Source: a virus (Duplodnaviria; Caudoviricetes). Taken from it: 30,867 nt of DNA. The notes below the pieces were generated by a model. It searched no databases. It was not told where the DNA came from and saw only the letters and a program-made list of their open reading frames with translations. A program made the position numbers and the translations under genes. This document shows positions 1-9,100 of the stretch, piece by piece. The number at the start of each line of letters is the position of its first letter. The first letter of the stretch is position 1. Where the stretch lies: IMG/VR virus record IMGVR_UViG_3300028638_000037, positions 1-30,867 of that record. One strand, given 5' to 3'.

Positions 1-377
1 TGCCCCCACGCCTTTCCGCCAGAGACGTTGACGGTGGCATTGCCAAGAGCAATCAGCGTCTGCTCGGCGGCGCATTCATGCTCGCCAGATTTAACAATAT
101 GATGTTTCGCCCACGCTTTCAGTGCCTTGCGGCAAGCGATTTCCGCGTCTTTGGCGTTATACCAGTCTGGGCATTCGTGTTGGTCGGTTTTGTATATCCA
201 CTTTTTGAGCGGCAAAGAATAGTCGCCATCGGGCGGCACAATTTCAACCCTGACAAAATCACCGCCGCGCATAGAATCATCCAGTTTGTTCTCTGTTATT
301 ATCAACTCATGTGAGTCGCCGAGTTTCGAAAACAAAACCCGCTCTCTGGTTACAATGAATGAAGCAGGTTGGCACAT
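1..377 (-). CDS. Phage hypothetical protein, runs off left edge (MCQPASFIVTRERVLFSKLGDSHELII...RVEIVPP...DQHECPDWY...); not in the ORF track
   Basis: ATG at 377 directly after the recT-like stop; translated manually and open to position 1. Confidence 0.75.
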   Translation of the reverse strand, partial: MCQPASFIVTRERVLFSKLGDSHELIITENKLDDSMRGGDFVRVEIVPPDGDYSLPLKKWIYKTDQHECPDWYNAKDAEIACRKALKAWAKHHIVKSGEHECAAEQTLIALGNATVNVSGGKAWG

Positions 378-378
378 T

Positions 379-1419
379 TCACTTCACCCCCTTTTTTGCC
401 GCATAATCCAGCATAAACGCCAAAACCTTTTCTTGCCGCCATTTGGTCTTTGCGTCTGCCACGCCCGACCGCTTGCACATTGATTCAACCACCTTCTCAA
501 CGCCCATGCTGCCACCCATGAGTTGCTTGCTTATTTTTTCAGCGATTTGAACGATTTGGGTTTCAAGCGGCGTGATTTCTTGCGGCTCTTCGTCATCGCC
601 AAACGGCAGGTCATCCACCGTTTCGCCCTCCATGATTGGCGGCTCTTGCTCTTTCGGCGTTTCGGCAACAGGCGCAGGCGCAATCGGCGCAACCGAAATC
701 GGCTTGCTGGTGTCCATCGGCGTGCCGTCAAACGGATCCATTTCAACGGCAGGCGCAGGAGCAGGAGCGGATTCAATGTTTTTCGGCTCGTTAAAATCAA
801 TGTCGGCGTCCGCCTCTTTGATTGCCACGCCCTTGATAATGTCTGGAAATTGCTGGTGTAGGCAACGGCTCAACGTGCGATAATAAAGCATGTCTTTTGG
901 CATTTTTTCCCACGCAACGCCACTGCTCCATAGTTTAGCGTTCACGGCATCTTGAACCGAAAACTTGAACGTTCTTTTGCCCTTGAAATCCGCCCTCTCG
1001 GCAGTGATAACGCAGGTGAGATTTTTTTCCTGCATCATGGGAGGCGTCATGTCGGCAGGGATGTCATCGCTCACTGTTGGCTTTTCGCCCTTGCGCCCCC
1101 ACTCCCATTGAACAGTAAATTCTTTGACCCTGCCGCTCGCAAGAACCAAAGCCATTGCCCCCTCGCCCATGATTCCCGCCCTTCCACGAACAGGATAAAT
1201 CACTTGTAAAGCCTGCATTGGCGAAAGCCCGATTTCCGCCCCGCACTGAACCGCCATTACAACCTGCTCCGGCGTTTTATAGCATTGCGGAATCCAGCCG
1301 CCGTCTTGCGTCCCCTTTTGGCTTGCGATTGCATATTGGGCGAATTTATACATATCGCCCAGCGAGGCAAGCGTTAGCCCCTTATTACCCGCAACCACCA
1401 ACTCCTTTGATTCAGTCAT
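379..1419 (-). CDS. recT: RecT/Bet-like single-strand annealing protein
   Basis: Motifs GAEIGLSPMQALQVIYPVRG, W..MPKDML, FPDIIKG, acidic/Pro linker; SD GGAGGGG before ATG 1419. Confidence 0.75.
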   Translation of the reverse strand: MTESKELVVAGNKGLTLASLGDMYKFAQYAIASQKGTQDGGWIPQCYKTPEQVVMAVQCGAEIGLSPMQALQVIYPVRGRAGIMGEGAMALVLASGRVKEFTVQWEWGRKGEKPTVSDDIPADMTPPMMQEKNLTCVITAERADFKGKRTFKFSVQDAVNAKLWSSGVAWEKMPKDMLYYRTLSRCLHQQFPDIIKGVAIKEADADIDFNEPKNIESAPAPAPAVEMDPFDGTPMDTSKPISVAPIAPAPVAETPKEQEPPIMEGETVDDLPFGDDEEPQEITPLETQIVQIAEKISKQLMGGSMGVEKVVESMCKRSGVADAKTKWRQEKVLAFMLDYAAKKGVK

Positions 1420-1552
1420 TTTGCCCCTCCTTTTTTTCGCGGTCAAACGCGGCAAATATTTTGCTCAACCCAAAATCAGCCATCAGCATCAGCGCAGTTT
1501 CAGCCGTTGCTTTGGGCTTTTCATCTTCTGTTTCGTTTCCCTTTTCCATCAT
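1412..1552 (-). CDS. Small hypothetical protein, 46 aa (MMEKGNETEDEKPK...)
   Basis: SD GGAGG; stop overlaps the recT-like start. Confidence 0.45.
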   Translation of the reverse strand: MMEKGNETEDEKPKATAETALMLMADFGLSKIFAAFDREKKEGQND

Positions 1553-1733
1553 TCGCCTCCTTTATTACAGACTCTAATTCGTCAACCCTCGATTTCCCCC
1601 ACACCCCAGCCGCCATAAGCCTGTCTCGGTTTGCGTCAAGATATTTCTGCAACTCATCCAGAACCTTCGGGCTTTTGGCAATTGTTTCTTTCGTCAGCGG
1701 AAACCCCTGCCATGTGATTTTTTCAGTCAACAT
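1521..1733 (-). CDS. Hypothetical protein (MLTEKITWQG...)
   Basis: SD AGGAGG before ATG 1733; overlaps neighbours. Confidence 0.6.
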   Translation of the reverse strand: MLTEKITWQGFPLTKETIAKSPKVLDELQKYLDANRDRLMAAGVWGKSRVDELESVIKEANDGKGKRNRR

Positions 1734-1983
1734 AAACCTCCTGCGTATATTTATCGAAGAACACGTCCGCGTCAATAAGCGGAAACAAAACAGGTCTTAC
1801 GCGCTCCAAGACGCAAAAAGACGTTGCCTCGGATTTCTTGACCGCCCTCCACCAACGATAGGCTGTTTGAATTGTAATGTTAGCGTTTCGCGCCAAAGCC
1901 TTAACAGGACTTATCGGCGGGCGATAGCCGTCTGCCACCAACTCGTTAAACAAAACCCGATATTTCGGAACTACCAAACTCAT
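1723..1983 (-). CDS. Cro-like HTH DNA-binding protein
   Basis: VKALARNANITIQTAYRW HTH-like pattern; SD GGAGGTG; first gene of operon. Confidence 0.6.
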   Translation of the reverse strand: MSLVVPKYRVLFNELVADGYRPPISPVKALARNANITIQTAYRWWRAVKKSEATSFCVLERVRPVLFPLIDADVFFDKYTQEVYVD

Positions 1984-2094
1984 TCAAATCACCTCCAATC
2001 GCAATTTATGGTTTAGGACATCGCACAGAATGTTTTTGGAATGCAAGAAAAAAATGCAAATATTTTATTACAAAAACAAGCAAGCGGGGGCGTG

Positions 2095-2141
2095 ATACAA
2101 TATGTAGTATCTTGCTCCCGCTATAATACAATATGTTATAT
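2095..2141. promoter_or_regulatory. Tandem NrdR-box-like operators
   Basis: ATACAATATGTAGTAT (2095-2110) and ATACAATATGTTATAT (2126-2141), 31 bp apart; resemble NrdR consensus acaCwAtATaTwGtgt. Confidence 0.5.
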
Positions 2142-2262
2142 CAGGCGGCGTTAAAAATTTATGTCAAGGTCAAACGGCTCGGATTCTTTTGATTGCGCTG
2201 GGGGAGTTGCGCCTGCGTTTGTTTTCGGTTTTGGCGGAGCGTAAAAAAGAATGATATAAACA

Positions 2263-2368
2263 TATTGAAAATGCTTTATAATTGACATGTGAAAAATAAC
2301 AAACTGATAACCAGTGCGGAAATGCGCACAACCAAACAGTTTGTATTGCAAAATGCTTTAAAATTGAC
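2263..2368. repeat. Direct repeat pair, candidate transposase-binding sites of the phage end
   Basis: AAAATGCTTTATAATTGAC (2268-2286) and AAAATGCTTTAAAATTGAC (2350-2368), each preceded by TATTG. Confidence 0.45.
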
Positions 2369-2454
2369 TTTATTTTATAATTTAATAAACCCAAAAATCA
2401 ACCCGTTTTTTACGCAAATCAACCCAAATAATGCCCCTAATTACTATAAAACAC

Positions 2455-2494
2455 AAAAAAAACTGGGGGGCGCCCCCTATTGAGAACGCCCCCT
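2455..2494 (-). terminator. Intrinsic terminator ending the late operon
   Basis: GC-rich stem GGGGGCGTTCTC-AATA-GGGGGCGCCCCC followed by AG-T8 on minus strand. Confidence 0.7.
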
Positions 2495-2535
2495 TTACTC
2501 CATCCACACATCGCTTACTAATTAGGCGCTATACC

Positions 2536-3984
2536 CTATATATACACCTCCACAGCCAGCAATCTGGCATATTGATCCTGCCCCGTATCTGTGACATAAA
2601 CCCTCAAATACCTCACAGACTCAGCAGGCGAAAACAGACAATGCAAATAACTCATACGCCCGGGATTGCTGAACGTATAAATCGTGCTCCATGGACCCGC
2701 CATAGCCGCAGCCTTCTGAATCAACCCGCCCCGCACATTAAACCTCACATCATCCCTCAAATACCCCTCAAATTTAAGCGTAACGCCATTTATAGATAAA
2801 TCAGCGCCCAAATCCAGCGCCAGCCAGTGCCCCGATCCGGCGCCGCTAACCCACTTCTCTGTGAGTGAGACACTCCCGCGATAAACGTTTAAACCTGCAA
2901 ATCCCAGCCCATAAACCCCGCTCGCCGCCCATCCAACCGCATCAATCGCCGCATTCGCCCCAGTAGGCTCCAATCGGCTCGGCAATGCCTCCACAGCCGC
3001 CAAAACAGCCGCCTGAGCCTGATAGATCGCCCTCAATTGCGTATAATCCGAATACCGATATGGATTCATCCCAACCTGATCCCATGACTCGAAATCGTCA
3101 AAATTATACGCCTGTGACTGATAACCCCACTGCATAAACCCCCGCGCGCCCAGATTAAACCACTTAGTCACCTGCGCCTGAGTATTCGTCACCCGATTCC
3201 CATACATCTCACGCCAACCGAACTCCTCAATCACCAAAGGCTTCTGAACACGGCTCCATACCACATCATCAACCGCATAAGCCATCGGATGAAGGTCATC
3301 CGCCCCGGAATAGATGTGGCGCGTGATAAAATCAATATTATCATCCTCATAAAGCGCCTGAGCCTCGGAAAACCCGATTTTAAGGTCATCGCAACTCAAA
3401 AATCCCGTTGTCACCATGTGATCCGAGTCAATCGCCTTAATCCGAGCCGCCATATCCGCCGTGAACGCTATAATCGCGTCATGATCGTCATGGCAACTCA
3501 ACTCATTACCCAATTCCCAGGCAAACACCCCATTATGGGCTTTATATGCCGTCACAGCCGCTTCAACCCATGGCGCATAATTAGTCAAATACCCGCCATT
3601 ATACCACGTATCATCAAGCACATTCAGACCGTTATATTGATTTAAATAATAAGCCTCGTCCCCGGCTGGACAAAATCCCGTAGGATGCTGATCCGTAAAG
3701 CATATGATCCCCTTCAATCCCTTCGCGTCCAGCGCGTCCAGCAGCGATCCCAGCCGCGCCACATTCGTCACCGCCGACTGATACTTGTTCCCCGCATAGA
3801 AGCGGATCACCTTCACACCCATCGCCGCCGCCGCCGTCAAATTCTCCGCTATCATCGCAGAAGACGACCTCGGAAGAATATCCCCGCCCCCAAAATGGCA
3901 AAGCCCCCGGATATTCACCCCAATAAAGCGGAACCGGTTCCCGCCATTGCTGAACTCACTCCCATGCCTCACAATCACAGCCAT
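2536..3984 (-). CDS. GH5-family glycoside hydrolase (mannanase/cellulase-like) with C-terminal F5/8-type (discoidin/CBM32-like) domain
   Basis: FIGVN, VIRF, FAWELGNE (acid/base), HIY, KPLVIEEFG (nucleophile); C-terminal WLALDLG...RYLRVYV...EVY; no signal peptide. Confidence 0.85.
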   Translation of the reverse strand: MAVIVRHGSEFSNGGNRFRFIGVNIRGLCHFGGGDILPRSSSAMIAENLTAAAAMGVKVIRFYAGNKYQSAVTNVARLGSLLDALDAKGLKGIICFTDQHPTGFCPAGDEAYYLNQYNGLNVLDDTWYNGGYLTNYAPWVEAAVTAYKAHNGVFAWELGNELSCHDDHDAIIAFTADMAARIKAIDSDHMVTTGFLSCDDLKIGFSEAQALYEDDNIDFITRHIYSGADDLHPMAYAVDDVVWSRVQKPLVIEEFGWREMYGNRVTNTQAQVTKWFNLGARGFMQWGYQSQAYNFDDFESWDQVGMNPYRYSDYTQLRAIYQAQAAVLAAVEALPSRLEPTGANAAIDAVGWAASGVYGLGFAGLNVYRGSVSLTEKWVSGAGSGHWLALDLGADLSINGVTLKFEGYLRDDVRFNVRGGLIQKAAAMAGPWSTIYTFSNPGRMSYLHCLFSPAESVRYLRVYVTDTGQDQYARLLAVEVYI

Positions 3985-4092
3985 TTATTATCCTTTACCC
4001 GTCCATTATGGCAGCGTGATAACTGTCCGCTCAGGATCAAAATAAATCACCTTCGCCGCTGTCGCATATCCAATATTCCGTACCCGAACGAA

Positions 4093-6120
4093 CTAATACA
4101 CCCGCTTTGATGTCTCTATGCCGAATGAGTATAACCGCACGCCAACGGGATTATCAACGACGCTCTCGACCTCAATTGAATAGCTGTAATTCGCCTGCAT
4201 GGTTTCATCGGCAAAATCGTAAGTGTTGATGTTTATATTTAAGTCACCCGCAGAATCTATGTATGATTGCTGCGCCCCCACAACCGTCCACGCGTCATTA
4301 TACGCCGTCTCATCGCGTTTTACAAGCCGAACTTTAATGCCGTTATCTTGTGCGTTTGCGCACCATTTCACCCGCAGACGTGTCAGAATCGTCCCCGCCT
4401 CATAAGGAATGGGGAAATAAACTCTTTGCCCATAATCATCTGATAATAAATAATTATAGAAATAACATCCTCCGTCATCGCCGTATCCCGGCGACCATCC
4501 TACATTTCGACCTCTGTTTCCGTCCCACACCACAGCCGCCCCGCACGCTGCCACAGCTGCCCAATCCTTCCATTTCGTCTCTGTGTTATTTAATCCATTA
4601 GCATCAAAGGCATCATCGGTCTTCAACGTGTTTGCCGACGGGCGATAAAGGTTTGTATCTAAAATATAATCACCCAAACCCATATCGTAATACCCAAAAT
4701 AAAGTTTTCCGTCTTTGGCGTCGTATTTTATTGTATCCTCAAACGCAGATTTAGAATAAAACACAACATCCCCGGAAAATCCTGAATTTCCGTCAACTCC
4801 TATTCCGTTCACTCTTAAATCTCCGCCAATATCGGTTGTTCCTGTTTTAAGCGGTTTGCATTGGCTTGAATAAACCGCATTCAATCCATAATTCCCGCCG
4901 ATGAATGTGGTAGGATTACTTACGCCATCCTCATGATAAACCGCCCTTGAACCATGATTTGCATCCATGTAATTATTTGTAAAATAACACAGGGGCGTAT
5001 TGTCCTGAATATGCAACGCCCCACTATCCGCGTGAATGGCATAAAATCTACATCCGTCAATTACCGTCTTATATGTCCCAGTGCTGTCCGTCAGATAAAT
5101 ACTCCCCGCCGCTCTTGTATGATGCTGATAAAAATCACAATCATACGCATAAACATTTGCCTTCCAAATGCTCAAAATATCAAACCCACCGTCTATCAGG
5201 CATCCCTGAAGCGTCAATGTGCTTTTGGGATAAGCAAATATTGTATCTTGATACCCATAAAAAGCGCAATTATAAATTTTTACCTCTGTTGTATGTGTCC
5301 CTGATCCCGACGTCACCCCAACCGATAACGCCTCCTGTGCCGTTCCGGCGCCCCATGCCGCTGTATTTTTAATAGTAAGATTTGATAAAACAATACCGGA
5401 TAAATCAGCAGAGTCATTCAATCCAATTTTAACGGTCATTAAGTCCCCACCGACGCCCGACGAGGCGCGGGATATAATGCACTTTTCTCTATCAACGCCT
5501 ACAATGGAAATATCCGATTTCTCAACGCTGACCTGCTCCGCATACGTCCCCGGATACACCAGCACCGTCATCCCCGCGGTCGCCGCATTTACCGCTGCCT
5601 GTATTGTTGTATAATCCCCGCCCGACTTCGCCACAACCAGCGTATTCCCCTTCGGTTTCCCGTGAATCGCCCCGTCTGCCACATGCGCCCCGATTGTCGC
5701 ATTGCTCCCAACATCCCCGCTGATCGGCAGCGAATTGATGTAAGTCGCGCCGGTTCCGCTGTTGCTGCTGCCTAATTTGCTGTAAAGTCGCGTGCTGTTG
5801 TAATATTGAGGATGATCGTCACCGGAAAGCCCAGTCAAACCGCTATGCGCCCCAGGCGATGCCGAATTGATCAATTCCGCCAACGTTACCTCACCGCCGC
5901 TCGCGCTGTCGGCAAACACCAGATACCCGCTCGTATCCCGCTTGATGTAAACCGTCTCATCGCTCAGATATGTGTCCGGATCCGCCAAATCAATAATATG
6001 CGTCTCAATCTGCCCAAAGCATATTGATGCAATAATCGCAATAATCCCGATCATTGCCCTCATTGTCCATCGTCCATTGTCCATTGTCCATTTCCCGTCC
6101 ATATCGTCCACCTCGTCCAT
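4093..6120 (-). CDS. Tail fibre/spike with pectinesterase (CE8)-like beta-helix and signal-peptide-like N-terminus; true start may be 6102 or 6063
   Basis: HSGLTGLSGDDHPQY fibre motif; VVAKSGGDYTTIQAAV, PGTYAEQV, FYGYQDT, GGFDIL CE8-like motifs. Confidence 0.75.
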   Translation of the reverse strand: MDEVDDMDGKWTMDNGRWTMRAMIGIIAIIASICFGQIETHIIDLADPDTYLSDETVYIKRDTSGYLVFADSASGGEVTLAELINSASPGAHSGLTGLSGDDHPQYYNSTRLYSKLGSSNSGTGATYINSLPISGDVGSNATIGAHVADGAIHGKPKGNTLVVAKSGGDYTTIQAAVNAATAGMTVLVYPGTYAEQVSVEKSDISIVGVDREKCIISRASSGVGGDLMTVKIGLNDSADLSGIVLSNLTIKNTAAWGAGTAQEALSVGVTSGSGTHTTEVKIYNCAFYGYQDTIFAYPKSTLTLQGCLIDGGFDILSIWKANVYAYDCDFYQHHTRAAGSIYLTDSTGTYKTVIDGCRFYAIHADSGALHIQDNTPLCYFTNNYMDANHGSRAVYHEDGVSNPTTFIGGNYGLNAVYSSQCKPLKTGTTDIGGDLRVNGIGVDGNSGFSGDVVFYSKSAFEDTIKYDAKDGKLYFGYYDMGLGDYILDTNLYRPSANTLKTDDAFDANGLNNTETKWKDWAAVAACGAAVVWDGNRGRNVGWSPGYGDDGGCYFYNYLLSDDYGQRVYFPIPYEAGTILTRLRVKWCANAQDNGIKVRLVKRDETAYNDAWTVVGAQQSYIDSAGDLNININTYDFADETMQANYSYSIEVESVVDNPVGVRLYSFGIETSKRVY

Positions 6121-6133
6121 TTTTATTAAAACA

Positions 6134-9100
6134 TTATTTAATGCCGTTCGACTTCAACTTCCCCTTAAACCTCCAAACCCCCGGATATCCAGCCTCGCCA
6201 AACTCGATATACTCGAAATATGCCGCCACGTCCTTCCCATTCGGACTCAAATAAATCGCTGACCCGTCCGGCGGCAAATACACATAATCGTCAATTTCCA
6301 TGTCAATCGGCTGATTAAACTTCGCCGTACTCCCATAAAGCACCGCCCCCCACTCCGGATATGACGCATACGGATAATGATCCCTGTCCAGCAAGCCTCC
6401 CCACAAAATCAACGGGCACTTATACCCATCCCCATAATATGTTATCAAACTCACATGATGCCCAGGCGGATTCTCGTTCTCCTGGCTCATGATCCCACGA
6501 TAAAGCCAATCATATTCGTCGCCGCTCCATGGGATAAACCCGCCCATCCCAACCTTCGCCCGACCCCTCACCGTAAAGTTCCCGTCTATGTCCAAGATCG
6601 CCGTCAACCGTCCATCCACATAAAACCTCATCCACCTGCCGCCGCGATCCGCCTCAACCCTCGCCCCGCTCACGCTGCCCAGTTTGATAGTGTCCCACAC
6701 CGCAACCCCAGCCTGTATCCGATCCGCCCCAGCCACCCGAAGCATCACAACCTCGCCCAGATTATGCTCCAACCCGCTCCGCTCATGCGTCAACTCCACA
6801 ATATCGCCCAACTCCAGATGTATCCAGTTGAGCGGAAGCGTCATCTTAATAACCGAATACTTCCACGCCCCGTAAGCCAGCAAACTCTCCCCGATCCACT
6901 TCGCCGTCGCATTATTATCACCATGCCAGTATCCGTCATAAGTCTCACGCCTCACACCCCACGGCAACTTCTGGCTTGCCAGATCATCAAACTCCCTAAC
7001 CCTCCGGAAATTCCCGTTCCTCGGACTCCGGTTAAAGTATAACGCCAACTGATTGAATAACTGATCCGTCCCGCTCCTGACCTTTTCAAGCGATTTCTCA
7101 GCAAAATAGGAGGCGGTTATCTCCCCAACCGAATCATCCTGATCATACGCCCAGTCCCGCAGCTTCAGATAATACTGCGTCCCCTCAAATATCAACCTCA
7201 TATTCGTGTCAGTCAATAACTGCTGTATCAACTCCCGCGCCGTTATCTGGCTCCCAATATGCCGCGCAACTCGCGGACAATAATTCCCCACAACCGCTTT
7301 CACAGCATCAAAAGACTCCTGATTAATCGTACCTATCGGTATCAGCGCGTCATCAGTCATCAAATGATAAAGCACATCAACCGGATGCTCATATAACTCT
7401 CCGGCAAATGTCCGCCCCGCTACGTCCGCAATCAAATCATCCGATATCTCCAATGTAAATGGCTGATAATCCACCTCCAACCACAGCCGATATATATAAA
7501 TCTCCGTATTATCATCCATCGGCGCGTTATACATCCCGATCTGTATCATCGGACGCGCCCCGAATATACCCCAGCCCTGCACATCATGAAGCGCCTCGCC
7601 CCAATATTTTGCAAAATACGTCAAATCCGCATACATTGTTATCCTGCTGGTGCTGGTCTCCCCGCCTACATTCTCCTTCGATGTCTTCGCCTTCTCCTTC
7701 TTCTGCCCCAGATCCGTATCCTGTCCCTTGATATAATATTTATGCTCCACATCCAAAAACGAATCCAAATGCACCCAGTAGCCCGCTGTGTATTTGCCGT
7801 CAACGCGGAAACTTATTTGATTATTCCGCAACTGCTCGAATGTGATCTCGCCAACATCAGCCGTTGTAATCTCAAAGACCTTTTCTTCGGGAACCGCAAA
7901 CGTTGACCAGCCTTTTGTATAAAACTTTCCGTTTGGCAGCGAGATTTTCGCCACCATCGAAGTGATATACCCATCAACCAGTATCCTCCACCGCAACTTC
8001 TTGATAACATGCGCCCCGTCCTGGACATTTATATCCTTAAATGAAAAGTTCTCAAAGAACGTCCCGTTCACCTGATCCCCGTTGCTGTCATCCTCATTAT
8101 AATGTATAGGGGCAACATCCGGCTCCACGTCAAACAACGGCTTGGTCGAATCTATCGTCCAGTCGCTCTGCTCCTGATGCTCATGCTCGTCCACAACCAG
8201 ATTATTATCCACAGGATCCGGCTTCTTTAAACTCCCGCTCGTCTGCGCATCGCCATTCTCCGATAACTGCACAAACCAGTATGGCCACGTGTTCCCCTTC
8301 CACAACCCGCTGCATTGATACTCAATCCCCAATCTCATCTTTTTGAATCGCCCATACTTCGCTAAACCGGTATCCGCCAATACACCCTCCAGCGAATACC
8401 CTATCACCTGCCTGTTCTTCGTCAACTTCGTGTACTGCGTCACCTCGTCCGATGTAATGCAGTTCATTGCATCCGCATTCCCGTCATCCGTCCTCCACTC
8501 CCACTCATAATCAGGTCCCTCTCCGGTTAATACCTCCTCTTTTATGCCCTCGATTACTAATTTATCCGATCCAGGCTGCCATCGCCGCGCCTTCGGGCGC
8601 TTGAACATCCTCAATATCGTAATATCCCTGCCCGATGCCTGCGTATTATCTACCTCATAATCATCCTCATCAACCGGCGTGTCCTCGCCAACCCGGACAT
8701 TGCTCACACCTTTGCATATATCATCGGACACTATAAAATCATAATGCTCCGCCTGTTCATAAACAGTCGTCCCGTCCGAATGCTCCACCGCAACCGTGCC
8801 ATTCACAGCCCTGTCGCAAGGCTTCGCCGTAGTCCCATACGTGTTCAAAACCCTGTCAATCTCATAATATCGTATTTGCTCGTCATCAATCTCTAATATG
8901 GCGCCGCCGCTCGGAGCATCTGCAAATCCGCTTACATCCTCAACAGGCACAACTCGATCATCCACAAGCAAATGCCCGCTCAATACCGTCTTCCCGCCCA
9001 AACTCACCGGAATCAACGGGCAATCCGACACCTCCCCAAATATCCTCGGGATAATCTGTCCATAACTCTCATGCGGAGCGTCTGGAAAATCCGCATCCCT

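Larger units (their letters stand above)
1..2150 (-). mobile_element. Start of a second, unrelated phage-like early/recombination operon flanking the Mu-like phage
   Basis: Tightly overlapping small ORFs plus RecT-like gene; lacks the strong C skew of the Mu-like block. Confidence 0.6.

Noticed and set aside
2151-2483. Short ORFs in the AT-rich junction
   Set aside because: No SD or motifs; better explained as non-coding end/regulatory DNA
4093-4095. Genome-wide TAG recoding
   Set aside because: TAG ends several other genes cleanly (2536, 23896, 26595, 28871) and long ORFs are intact in the standard code
2300-6120. Mu-type invertible G segment with gin and mom
   Set aside because: No serine invertase, no oppositely oriented fibre genes, no flanking inverted repeats seen
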